DNA of 64,000 bases from a virus. Lineage: Duplodnaviria; Caudoviricetes. Location of the stretch: the IMG/VR virus record IMGVR_UViG_3300031555_003048, positions 2,314-66,313 of that record; one strand, written 5' to 3'. Position numbers and translations under genes: made by a program. Below the pieces are notes generated by a model. That model worked only from the letters and a program-made list of their open reading frames with translations, made no database searches and was not told the DNA's origin. Below, in pieces: positions 40,345-48,529 of the stretch (positions are counted from its first letter, which is position 1; every line of letters begins with the position of its first letter).

Positions 40345-40781
40345 ATTTAACAATTTATTTACGGTATTATTATTACTTTTTAACAAAAAGTAGTATATAA
40401 TATATATATTACATAGAACAGCAACTAAATAGGTTACAATCAACATTATTAAGTTTGAATAAGGGGCAAATTATTTGAGCTTAAATATCAATTTAATTGT
40501 TTTATGTAATATTTGACTTGTCAATGTCACTAAACCTGATAAGTGAGAGAACAGCTTGAAATACTTTTATATTCTTTTTATTTAAATAGTAATATCTCTC
40601 TGTTTAAATAAACCTAAAAGTTTGTAAAAGTTAATTGTAATTCCTTTTGTCAACTTGTAGCATAATTGCAGTAACAATATGTATATAAGGAGTTAAAAAC
40701 TTGTGACAAGAATGTAGAACATCTTTTTACTGAAAGATAACTATACGAAGCTATCGTTAGAGGATTGCCGATAGCACATAC

Positions 40782-40855
40782 GAGAAAATAGCTTAATTTT
40801 GTAGAGCATTGGTTTTTAAGAATCACAGGTCTTAGTTCAATTCTAAGTTTTCTCC
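40782..40855 (+). pseudogene. Degenerate tRNA-like element
   Basis: gagaaaa/ttttctc acceptor, D arm and T arm cttag-ttcaatt-ctaag present; no canonical 7-nt anticodon loop; no CCA. Confidence 0.55.
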
Positions 40856-40930
40856 ACAATTTATTTTTAATGTTAATAATTAGTTTACAAATAGTTTATT
40901 ACTACTTAACACATTCAATTAAAATATGTG

Positions 40931-40952
40931 TTATAATGTAATTACAGTAAAG
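40931..40952 (+). promoter_or_regulatory. Phage promoter motif, copy 2
   Basis: ttataatgtaattacagtaaag. Confidence 0.6.
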
Positions 40953-41169
40953 ATAAGAAATAACAAAGATATATAAGAAAGGTTGTAAATTAAATGAAAT
41001 TTACAAGTGGTTTTATTCAATACTAATAGGTTTAACTGATTGAACCTGCCAAAAATCAATTAGTCTAAAGATATGTTTGGCACTTACTGGATCCGGACAG
41101 TAAGGAGGCAGAGAATATACAACTCGTTAAGAACATATTTTTAGTAGCAACTATTAGTTAATAAGATAT

Positions 41170-41606
41170 GCGGCTGTGGCGGAACAGGCAGACGCAAGGG
41201 ACTTCGTTATAAAGGCAAGGTTTTATTCAATGACAGTTTATGAAGGTTATACAGCTAAATACTGAAAATGAAACTGTGGACCACATGGATGGTAATTTTT
41301 CTAACAATAGTTTTGTTAGAGAAATGAACGAATACTTGCCCAGCAGGAGCCTGGTAGAAGAAATTCTATCAGTGGAGGACGCTAATTCGGGGAACTCTTT
41401 GGTCGAGAATCCCGAGCAAGATTAATTATTTTAATCGTGTGTAGAGACCTTACACGTCCCACCTAAGTCAGATATATGATCTGATATGGTGAAGAGCAAG
41501 TCCAGACTACAACACACAATTTATTGTGTGGCTATCTAAAGATAGAGTAGTAAGAAAATCCCTCGGTGGAAACATCATACGGGTTCGATTCCCGTCAGCC
41601 GCACCA
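41170..41606 (+). tRNA. tRNA-Leu(TAA) split by a group I intron (exons 41170-41204 and 41555-41606)
   Basis: Joined exons give gcggctg...aggga-ct taa aa-tccct, long variable arm, GTTCGA, cagccgc-A-CCA. Confidence 0.92.
41205..41554 (+). mobile_element. Group I self-splicing intron (350 nt) in the anticodon
   Basis: P-like AATTCGGGGAA, Q-like AATCCCGAGC, R-like GTGTAGAGAC, S-like AAGAGCAAGTCCAGAC; terminal G; inserted after U34. Confidence 0.9.
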
Positions 41607-41815
41607 TATCATCATAAGAGGGTCGGTGTAAATCCGATTAAATGCTTTCCCACCAAAATCCCGACGGGAAACACCCTTGAAAAACTTTTTAATGATGCTT
41701 TGGGATATGCATCATAAATAACGTTGGAAGTTTACTGGTGTTTTTAAGGCGTTATTATGTGGTTTTAATTGGCACAAATGGTTTCCACACAAAAAACCTT
41801 TTTCGTGCCACATAA

Positions 41816-41890
41816 GCTGGATTAGCACAGCGGTAGTGCATCCGCCTTGTAAGCGGAAGGTCATCCGTCCGAATCGGATATCCAGCTCCA
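41816..41890 (+). tRNA. tRNA-Thr(TGT)
   Basis: gctggat/atccagc, tccgc-ct tgt aa-gcgga, CCA; T loop reads TCCGAAT. Confidence 0.9.
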
Positions 41891-41934
41891 TTTAAAGTAA
41901 AAATACAAATTATACATTTTGGAGGTTAAGCATT

Positions 41935-42576
41935 ATGACTACTGAGAAGATGACTATTCACGAAGCTCTTAGCGAATTGAAGATTCTTGGTTCAAGAATT
42001 GAAAGAGAAATTGCTTATGCTAATTTTGTTATTACTAATAAGCATAGTAATGATAAGATTAACGGACAAAGTATTGAAGAATATAAGACCAATGTATCTT
42101 CTATTTATCAGAAGATTAGAGACCTTATTAGACGTAGAACTGCTATTAAGAAAGCCGTTGTAAAGTCTAATGCTATTACAGAAGTTACTATCGGTGATGA
42201 AACAATGACAGTAGCAGAAGCTATTGAGTATAAGAATACAGGTATTGATTATCTTGTAGCTCTTAATAATAAATTGTCTAATGAGTATGCTAATGTAAAA
42301 ACTTCCATCACAAGAAATAATGGTGATGTCCTTATAGAAAAGGCCAATGACTATGTAATTAAGCTTTATGGTGGTAAAGATAAGGATGTTAGTGCTTCTA
42401 CAATAGAAGATGCAAGACAGAATTATATCAACACACATAAACTTGATATCATTGATCCTATTAGTATTGATAAGGAGATTAAGGAACTTACTGATTACAT
42501 TGATAATTTTAAGTCAAAAGTAGATAGTGCTTTGAGCGTTTCTAATGCTATAACTACTATTGAAATTTCCTATTAA
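41935..42576 (+). CDS. Helical hypothetical protein within the tRNA array (possibly distant DIP1984-like)
   Basis: GGAGG RBS; MTIHEALSELK...MTVAEAIE...VDSALSVSNAITTIEI. Confidence 0.7.
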   Translation: MTTEKMTIHEALSELKILGSRIEREIAYANFVITNKHSNDKINGQSIEEYKTNVSSIYQKIRDLIRRRTAIKKAVVKSNAITEVTIGDETMTVAEAIEYKNTGIDYLVALNNKLSNEYANVKTSITRNNGDVLIEKANDYVIKLYGGKDKDVSASTIEDARQNYINTHKLDIIDPISIDKEIKELTDYIDNFKSKVDSALSVSNAITTIEISY

Positions 42577-42732
42577 TGGTTTTAATTTTCGGAGGGTCTT
42601 AACGGACTCTCCGGAATAAATAAACAAATATGATTGTAATGTGAAAATTAAGAATTAAGATTCCTCGTATAATAGGTTAATTATACAACTACTTAATACA
42701 TTTAACATTGAGGGTTAATTATGTATTGAATT

Positions 42733-42804
42733 TCCAAAATAGCCAAAAGGATAAGGCGTCAGTCTTTGGAACTGAAGATGTCGGTTCGATTCCGATTTTT
42801 GGAC
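42733..42804 (+). tRNA. tRNA-Gln(TTG), no encoded CCA
   Basis: tccaaaa/ttttgga, tcagt-ct ttg ga-actga, GTTCGATT. Confidence 0.85.
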
Positions 42805-43038
42805 AAGAAATGTATTGTTAATCGGTCACTATGGATCGATTAAATAAAGATGCTATAAAGTTCAAACTTCAAAATTCAATCATTAAAGTTACAACATTCA
42901 AAGTTTATAAATGTATTTAAAGTTAAAAGTGTAAAGAATAGAAGCTCAAAGCTATATGAAATCCTTGATTAAGGGTTAATGTGATAATCTTATGAACAGT
43001 TAATCAACCCCAAGGCTGCATTTACAATCATTATTTAC

Positions 43039-43121
43039 AGGGATATGGTGGAATAGGTAGACACGGTTGCTTCAAATACAACTGCGAAAGCATAAGGGTT
43101 CAAATCCCTTTATCCCTACCA
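43039..43121 (+). tRNA. tRNA-Leu(CAA)
   Basis: agggata/tatccct, gttgc-tt caa at-acaac (C31:A39 mismatch), variable arm gc-gaaa-gc, A73, CCA. Confidence 0.82.
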
Positions 43122-43124
43122 TTT

Positions 43125-43207
43125 GGGGATATGGTGGAATTGGTAGACACGACAGTTTTAGGTGCTGTTGCGAAAGCATAAGAGTTCGAGTCTCTTTATC
43201 CCCACCA
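43125..43207 (+). tRNA. tRNA-Leu(TAG)
   Basis: ggggata/tatcccc, acagt-tt tag gt-gctgt, variable arm, CCA. Confidence 0.88.
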
Positions 43208-43308
43208 GTTGAGGTTCAAGTAGCAATATTTGAAACTCTTTGTGGATATGAATATAACTAAATAACTTTTGCATATCGGCTATTTATACAATTCATATCC
43301 ACATTTAT

Positions 43309-43384
43309 TGGGATATAGCCAAGAGGTAAGGCACGGGATTTTGATTCCCGCATTTCGGTGGTTCAAATCCACCTATCCCAGCCA
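43309..43384 (+). tRNA. tRNA-Gln(TTG)
   Basis: tgggata/tatccca, cggga-tt ttg at-tcccg, G73, CCA. Confidence 0.93.
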
Positions 43385-43642
43385 GTAAGGAAAAGCGTTT
43401 GGTTCTATTTAAGACAGCATACTTTTATATTTAATTGGAATTAATAGAACATCAAGCCCGTTGTCAGATAGCTTTTCTTTATTCCAAAAAATTTACAACG
43501 AGTGAAAGCCTAACCATTTAGAATAAGTATTTGCTTGACCTAAAAATCAAGAGAACATAGAGTAGCAACTATGTGTGGCGGAAAGTAGTTGTAAGTTTTT
43601 TATAAATGAAACTAATGTCTGACCCCCATTAGTTTCATTTAT

Positions 43643-43763
43643 GTAAGCATAGACAAAAGAGAATAACATTAGGTTTATTCTGGTAAAGTCAGCCCATTTA
43701 TCAGGGTGCGTAAGATGGTTGCAAACATCTTATTTGTTGGTTCGAGTCCAACTGCTTACGCCA
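43643..43763 (+). ncRNA. Expanded tRNA-Cys(GCA)-like RNA (121 nt) with two inserted hairpins
   Basis: gtaagca/tgcttac acceptor + G + CCA; T arm gttgg-ttcgagt-ccaac; aagatg-gttgcaaa-catctt; extra hairpins in the D loop and after the D arm. Confidence 0.7.
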
Positions 43764-43846
43764 TACCATTCCAATGTTAATCCTTGATTGGGATGGGAAA
43801 TGCACGTTTGATGAAGCTAATGTCTGTCACCATTAGCTTCGTTTAT

Positions 43847-43923
43847 CGGGATGTATCTCAGTTTGGTAGAGTGCTTGCTTTGGGAGCAAGATGCCGCAGG
43901 TTCAAGTCCTGTCATCCCGACCA
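43847..43923 (+). tRNA. tRNA-Pro(TGG)
   Basis: cgggatg/catcccg, cttgc-tt tgg ga-gcaag, CCA. Confidence 0.94.
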
Positions 43924-44092
43924 AATGCCCTCCGAGGTTTGCGGATTGACGGTGAAAGCTCATTCAGTAGCACTACATATTTCCAGATGAGTCTGTATGA
44001 AAGTAGGTTAGACTGATATAGAACTCCCTACATTCTATATGTTTTCGGACAATATGAGAAAGGCACTATTCATTTTAAAGGTTATGATTTAA

Positions 44093-44599
44093 GTGAGGAA
44101 GGATAAGAAATTTACAAGAGGAAATGGTGATATTGTTTCTTATAAAGAAATGATTGATATTATATGTAATTATATAATTAAAGATATAAATGCTGAATAT
44201 GAATTAACTGTCGGTACAGATAGTCAAACTCATTCTAATACTAAAATGGTAGAAGTTATTGCTTTACATAATGTGGGTAATGGTGGAATATTTTTCTATT
44301 ATATTGAATATGTAAGACGAATGACTAATGTAAAAGATAAGATAATAGAAGAAACACAAAGAAGTTTAAATAATGCTAAAGGTCTTATAGACAATATTCA
44401 GTTTAAACTAATTGACAATGATATTGATATAGAAAATTTAAATTTACGTCTTCAGATTCATTGTGATGTTGGAAATAAAGGTAAGTCTAAATCTTTAATT
44501 AAACAGATTACAAATTGGGTTAATGCTTTAGGATATGATTGTACTATAAAACCAGATAGCTATACAGCTTCAGGAATAGCAAATAAAATTTCAAAATAG
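44093..44599 (+). CDS. RNase H-like YkuK (DUF458) family protein
   Basis: LTVGTDSQ, GNGGIFFY, IHCDVG, IKPDSYTAS. Confidence 0.85.
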   Translation: MRKDKKFTRGNGDIVSYKEMIDIICNYIIKDINAEYELTVGTDSQTHSNTKMVEVIALHNVGNGGIFFYYIEYVRRMTNVKDKIIEETQRSLNNAKGLIDNIQFKLIDNDIDIENLNLRLQIHCDVGNKGKSKSLIKQITNWVNALGYDCTIKPDSYTASGIANKISK

Positions 44600-44698
44600 G
44601 TGTATTACAGTGAGTCAGTAGAAATTAATTTCTTGAAGTGGATTCATTAGAAAGTACGTTTTAAATGGTTAAACGGTTCTTTTATAGACGGTGGTTTA

Positions 44699-45043
44699 AT
44701 GAGAGAAATTCTATTTAAAGGCAAATCAGAACAGATATGGTATTATGGTGGTGTTTTTAAGTATAATATGCATTGGTTCATTGCCACAGAAGATGGTAAT
44801 ATATTTCGTGTTTCCCCTACAACAATTTGTCAATATACAGGATTAAAAGATTCTGAAGGCCGGATGATTTTTGAGGGGGATATTGTAAAGACAAGTGAGG
44901 TCGTGTCTGCTTATGGAACAGATACATTCACAATTGACTTTGCTGAAGGTAATTTTTATATCTGTAATACTGGTACTATTGCTACATTACGCTCGTGGGC
45001 TGAAATGGTTAAAGTTGTAGGAAATATCTATGACAACAATTAA
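44699..45043 (+). CDS. YopX family protein
   Basis: MREILFKGK...CQYTGLKD...IFEGDIV...VVGNIYDN. Confidence 0.9.
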   Translation: MREILFKGKSEQIWYYGGVFKYNMHWFIATEDGNIFRVSPTTICQYTGLKDSEGRMIFEGDIVKTSEVVSAYGTDTFTIDFAEGNFYICNTGTIATLRSWAEMVKVVGNIYDNN

Positions 45044-45323
45044 ACTTTACTTTCGTACAGGGTGGTATTATACAATGTATAATTTTGATAAAACATTTCA
45101 CATTACTCCAGAAGAAACAAGAAAGCAGATTGAGTTTGCTCGTAGAAATCTCACGGCAGATAAATACTGCTGCGTATGTGCAAATTCCATAGATAAACCT
45201 GATACTGAAATGGGTTATCCAACAGAACGCTGCTATTGTTCTGTCAGCGGAGAATATCGAGACGGATGTTCTGGTAATGCTTGCAAAAATTGGAAAGCAA
45301 AATATCCTGAATATGAGGAATGA
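45030..45323 (+). CDS. Hypothetical Cys-rich protein
   Basis: CCVCAN...CYCSV...CSGNACKNW. Confidence 0.6.
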   Translation: MTTIKLYFRTGWYYTMYNFDKTFHITPEETRKQIEFARRNLTADKYCCVCANSIDKPDTEMGYPTERCYCSVSGEYRDGCSGNACKNWKAKYPEYEE

Positions 45324-45351
45324 GAAAATTGGTTTTATGTGAGGTGAGACG

Positions 45352-45636
45352 ATGACTATAGAAGAAGCCATTAAAGACTTAGAAGAAGATGGTATAATGC
45401 TTGGTGCTGGCGACTATGTTGATGTAGAAGCACTAAAGGTTGCCGTAGATGTAATGAGAGATTATCAAAGAATAGTGTATGAAAATGAACGTTTAAAACA
45501 CGAAAACAAATTAGCCTTTAAGGAACGTGATGAGTTGCGTAAGCTTATTGTGGAGAATGAAATGTTAAAAGTCCCTGCAATGAATATAACTATAACCAAA
45601 GAACAAGCCGACAAATTAGGGTTCAACCTTGAGTGA
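45352..45636 (+). CDS. Hypothetical protein
   Basis: GAGGTG RBS; MTIEEAIKDL start. Confidence 0.6.
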   Translation: MTIEEAIKDLEEDGIMLGAGDYVDVEALKVAVDVMRDYQRIVYENERLKHENKLAFKERDELRKLIVENEMLKVPAMNITITKEQADKLGFNLE

Positions 45637-45885
45637 GGTGAACAAGTGAAAGTACACGAAATAGTTGTCCCGTGTAATCAGTACGAAGAAAATTATAGTA
45701 TTAGATGTAACGCAACTATAATCTCTACAAATACTTATAAATCAATATAAGAAATCTTATAAAGACTATTTCCTTTTTCATAGTGTTTGATTTGGAAATT
45801 CTTGTGAAAATCTACTCTCATTTGGTATAACACTCCCAAGGCTTAAATTCCGGTGGTGCGTCACCGTACATATCTATAATTGCTT

Positions 45886-47157
45886 TTAAAGTGCAGATTT
45901 TATAGATTTATTATATTCTTGTTGTCCATAATTTCTTAAATTAATAGCAGCATTTATATCTCTATCAATAACATTTCCACATTGATCACATTTATAAATT
46001 CTATCATTTAATTTAAGATTATGTTTAATAGAACCACAACAAGAACAGGTTTTACTCGAAGGATAAAATCTATCAACAATATAGAGAGGTATATTTTGTT
46101 CTTCACATTTATAAGTAAAATAAGTTCTTATAGTATTAAAAGATTGATTTTGTATATGTTTTGACAAATGTTTATTTTTCATCATTCCACTTACATTTAA
46201 ATCTTCAATAGCTATGAAAATTGGATTTCTTTTCACAATAGAAGATGTAAATTTATGATTATAGTCTTTTCTTATATTTTTAAGTTGTGTTTCAATTTTA
46301 TATATTTGTTTTTGAAGTTTTACTATATTTTGAGTTTTAACAAATTTAGTACCTACTTTATTAGCTTCAAATTTTCTTGAAAGTTTTCTTTGTAATCTTA
46401 TTTTTCTTTTTTCAAGTTTCTTTATTCTATTAGTTTTATTAATGTTTTTATATTTTTCTCCAGTAGATAAAATAGCTAAATCTTTAATACCTAAATCAAT
46501 ACCAATAGGTTCTGATTTTGATTGTTCTTTATTTACTATGTCAACATCTATAGCAGCAACAAAATACCATTTATTATCACTAAATTTAACTTTAGCATTA
46601 TAAATCTTAAAATCTTTACCGGATTGTCCTTGTGGAAATGGATTATGTTTACCTATTTTTACCCAACCAATTTTAGCAATAAATATTTTATCTCCTTTAA
46701 ATTGAACGTGCATACAATCTTGATGAAACCCTTCATCACAATTAAGTTTTTTCTTAAATTTAGGATGTCCATTTCTATCATAAATTGTTAAAGGATTACC
46801 GATTCTTTTACTATGAGCTATCTGTTTTGCAGAATAAGGCTTATAATTAGGTTGTTTTACTTTCTTAAAATAATTGCTATAAGCAGTTTCTAAATCTTTA
46901 ATAGCTTGTTTAGTGATATCACAACTAACACTCTTTAGCCACTTAAAGCTGTTATCATTATTTTTTAAATTTACAATTAAATGATGTAACTCTTTAAAAG
47001 GAATTAACTTACCATTTTCTTTATAAGATTTCATTTGTAAATCTAAAGCCCAATTATATATGAAACGTCTTGTACCGGCAAATTGCCAAAATAGTTGTTC
47101 TTGTTCTTTAGTAGGTATTAAAAGAACTTTTTTACCCCTCTTAAAAGTATTACTCAT
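45886..47157 (-). CDS. tnpB: RNA-guided endonuclease TnpB
   Basis: HTH start RFIYNWAL; RuvC IGIDLG, IAIEDL, DRDINAA; Zn finger CSCCG...CDQCG. Confidence 0.93.
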   Translation of the reverse strand: MSNTFKRGKKVLLIPTKEQEQLFWQFAGTRRFIYNWALDLQMKSYKENGKLIPFKELHHLIVNLKNNDNSFKWLKSVSCDITKQAIKDLETAYSNYFKKVKQPNYKPYSAKQIAHSKRIGNPLTIYDRNGHPKFKKKLNCDEGFHQDCMHVQFKGDKIFIAKIGWVKIGKHNPFPQGQSGKDFKIYNAKVKFSDNKWYFVAAIDVDIVNKEQSKSEPIGIDLGIKDLAILSTGEKYKNINKTNRIKKLEKRKIRLQRKLSRKFEANKVGTKFVKTQNIVKLQKQIYKIETQLKNIRKDYNHKFTSSIVKRNPIFIAIEDLNVSGMMKNKHLSKHIQNQSFNTIRTYFTYKCEEQNIPLYIVDRFYPSSKTCSCCGSIKHNLKLNDRIYKCDQCGNVIDRDINAAINLRNYGQQEYNKSIKSAL

Positions 47158-47782
47158 TATTATCATCACTTTCACTTTGTAATAATTCTTCCATAATACA
47201 TTTTGTTTTAGTTGCACGTTTTCCGTGTAACTTACAACTAAATACAGTTATAATTTGCATTAAATCTTCCATAAGTTCTTGCTCAATAGTTTTATCTTCA
47301 CTATCTAATATAACAATTTGAGTATTATGTAAATCGGCAAATTGTTTTATTAAATCAAAACCAAATCGAACTAATCTGTCCTTATATAAAACATAAATTG
47401 TATTTACTTTATTACTACAAATAAGTTCAAGTAATGTAGTTAAGCCTTTTTTAGTATAATTAATCCCACTACCTATGTCTTGAATTATTTTATATGGTTG
47501 ATTTAATGATTTTAAGAATAATTCAATATTATCAACTTGACGTTTTAAATCATCTTTTTGTTTATTGGTAGAAACTCTACAATAGCCAATATTAATTCTA
47601 TTATCAAATACTTTGTACTGTTCCATAAAAGTATTTAATTGTTCTAAAGAATAATAGCGATAACCATTACTTCGTTTTTGTGCCGGAATTAATAGTTTTG
47701 ACCTTTCCCAATTTCGTAATGTTTGTGCAGAAACACCTAACATAGTAGCAGCTTTATGAATACTTAAATAAGTTATTGACAT
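47150..47782 (-). CDS. tnpA: IS607 transposase (MerR-HTH + serine recombinase)
   Basis: AATMLGVSAQTLRNWE, IGYCRVST..QKDDLKRQ, DIGSGIN, YKDRLVRFGF. Confidence 0.95.
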   Translation of the reverse strand: MSITYLSIHKAATMLGVSAQTLRNWERSKLLIPAQKRSNGYRYYSLEQLNTFMEQYKVFDNRINIGYCRVSTNKQKDDLKRQVDNIELFLKSLNQPYKIIQDIGSGINYTKKGLTTLLELICSNKVNTIYVLYKDRLVRFGFDLIKQFADLHNTQIVILDSEDKTIEQELMEDLMQIITVFSCKLHGKRATKTKCIMEELLQSESDDNNE

Positions 47783-47998
47783 CTTATACTTGCCTCCTTA
47801 ATTTATAATGTTTACTATAAATTAATAATTACATAATATATGTTTAAATATTATGTGCTATAATTAATTTATTAACTACATTATAACATACAAGTTATAA
47901 AAAGTCAATAGATAATTTAATGTATTATAAATTGTTTACAAATTATTTACAATTTCTATTAAGAAGTGAAGATACTATTGAGAATGGAAGTGAAATAA

Positions 47999-48340
47999 AT
48001 GTTTAACACCAAAGATAAAATAGAGAATGATTTCTGGGACGGAGTATTCGAATCTATATGGGGAACGTACAGGAACGAAGAAAATGAATTGTATCGTAAT
48101 GTTTATAAGAATGAAATAGATGAGTTTATTAACAGTCTAAGAAATGACCTGGATATTCTTTTAAAGGTCTATGGAAGTTATAATCTCCATGACACTGAAA
48201 GATTGTTTGCAATCCAGTTCTATGGTACATTCCACGATTTAGAGAATCCTGAAAATCTTGAAAATCTGGCTATGAGATTTGATAAGATATACAATGGAGA
48301 CTTAGGCGACAAATCTAAGAATCCATATGATGAAGCATAA
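47999..48340 (+). CDS. Hypothetical protein
   Basis: 113-aa acidic ORF. Confidence 0.6.
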   Translation: MFNTKDKIENDFWDGVFESIWGTYRNEENELYRNVYKNEIDEFINSLRNDLDILLKVYGSYNLHDTERLFAIQFYGTFHDLENPENLENLAMRFDKIYNGDLGDKSKNPYDEA

Positions 48341-48454
48341 GAATTGTTGCAACAGTGTCACAATAATGAGGAAATAGACGATATAGATGGATAGTAGACT
48401 ATAAATCTGTTGCTTTGGTTTCGGCAGTTCAGGTTCATTCTTTCCTACCGATAA

Positions 48455-48529
48455 GGCCCGGTAGTCAAGTGGCAAAGACATCGCCCTTTCACGGCGAAGA
48501 CCGGAGTTCAACTCTCCGTCGGGTCACCA
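48455..48529 (+). tRNA. tRNA-Glu(TTC)
   Basis: ggcccgg/tcgggtc, tcgcc-ct ttc ac-ggcga, CCA. Confidence 0.92.

Larger units (their letters stand above)
45720..47900 (-). mobile_element. IS607-family insertion sequence (tnpA serine recombinase + tnpB); ends approximate
   Basis: The only substantial minus-strand genes in the window; overlapping tnpA-tnpB arrangement. Confidence 0.85.

Noticed and set aside
41240-41425. 61-aa ORF inside the intron as a homing endonuclease
   Set aside because: Too short, no LAGLIDADG/GIY-YIG/HNH motif, and it overlaps the catalytic core elements
43039-43121. Opal suppressor/Sec tRNA reading of 'ct tca aa'
   Set aside because: That register breaks the anticodon stem; the CAA register pairs 4 of 5 and the body matches the neighbouring Leu tRNA
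43540-43575. SAM-I riboswitch (ATCAAGAG...AGCAAC)
   Set aside because: The P2/kink-turn and downstream GGTGC elements are absent, and there is no downstream metabolic gene
41526-43990. Track ORFs at 41526, 43067, 43784 and minus-strand 40078, 40650 (also 48302)
   Set aside because: They overlap tRNA or structured RNA genes and are chance open frames
45720-47900. IStron (group I intron-IS607 chimera)
   Set aside because: Only about 200 nt of AT-rich sequence lies upstream of tnpA, with no P/Q/R/S intron core
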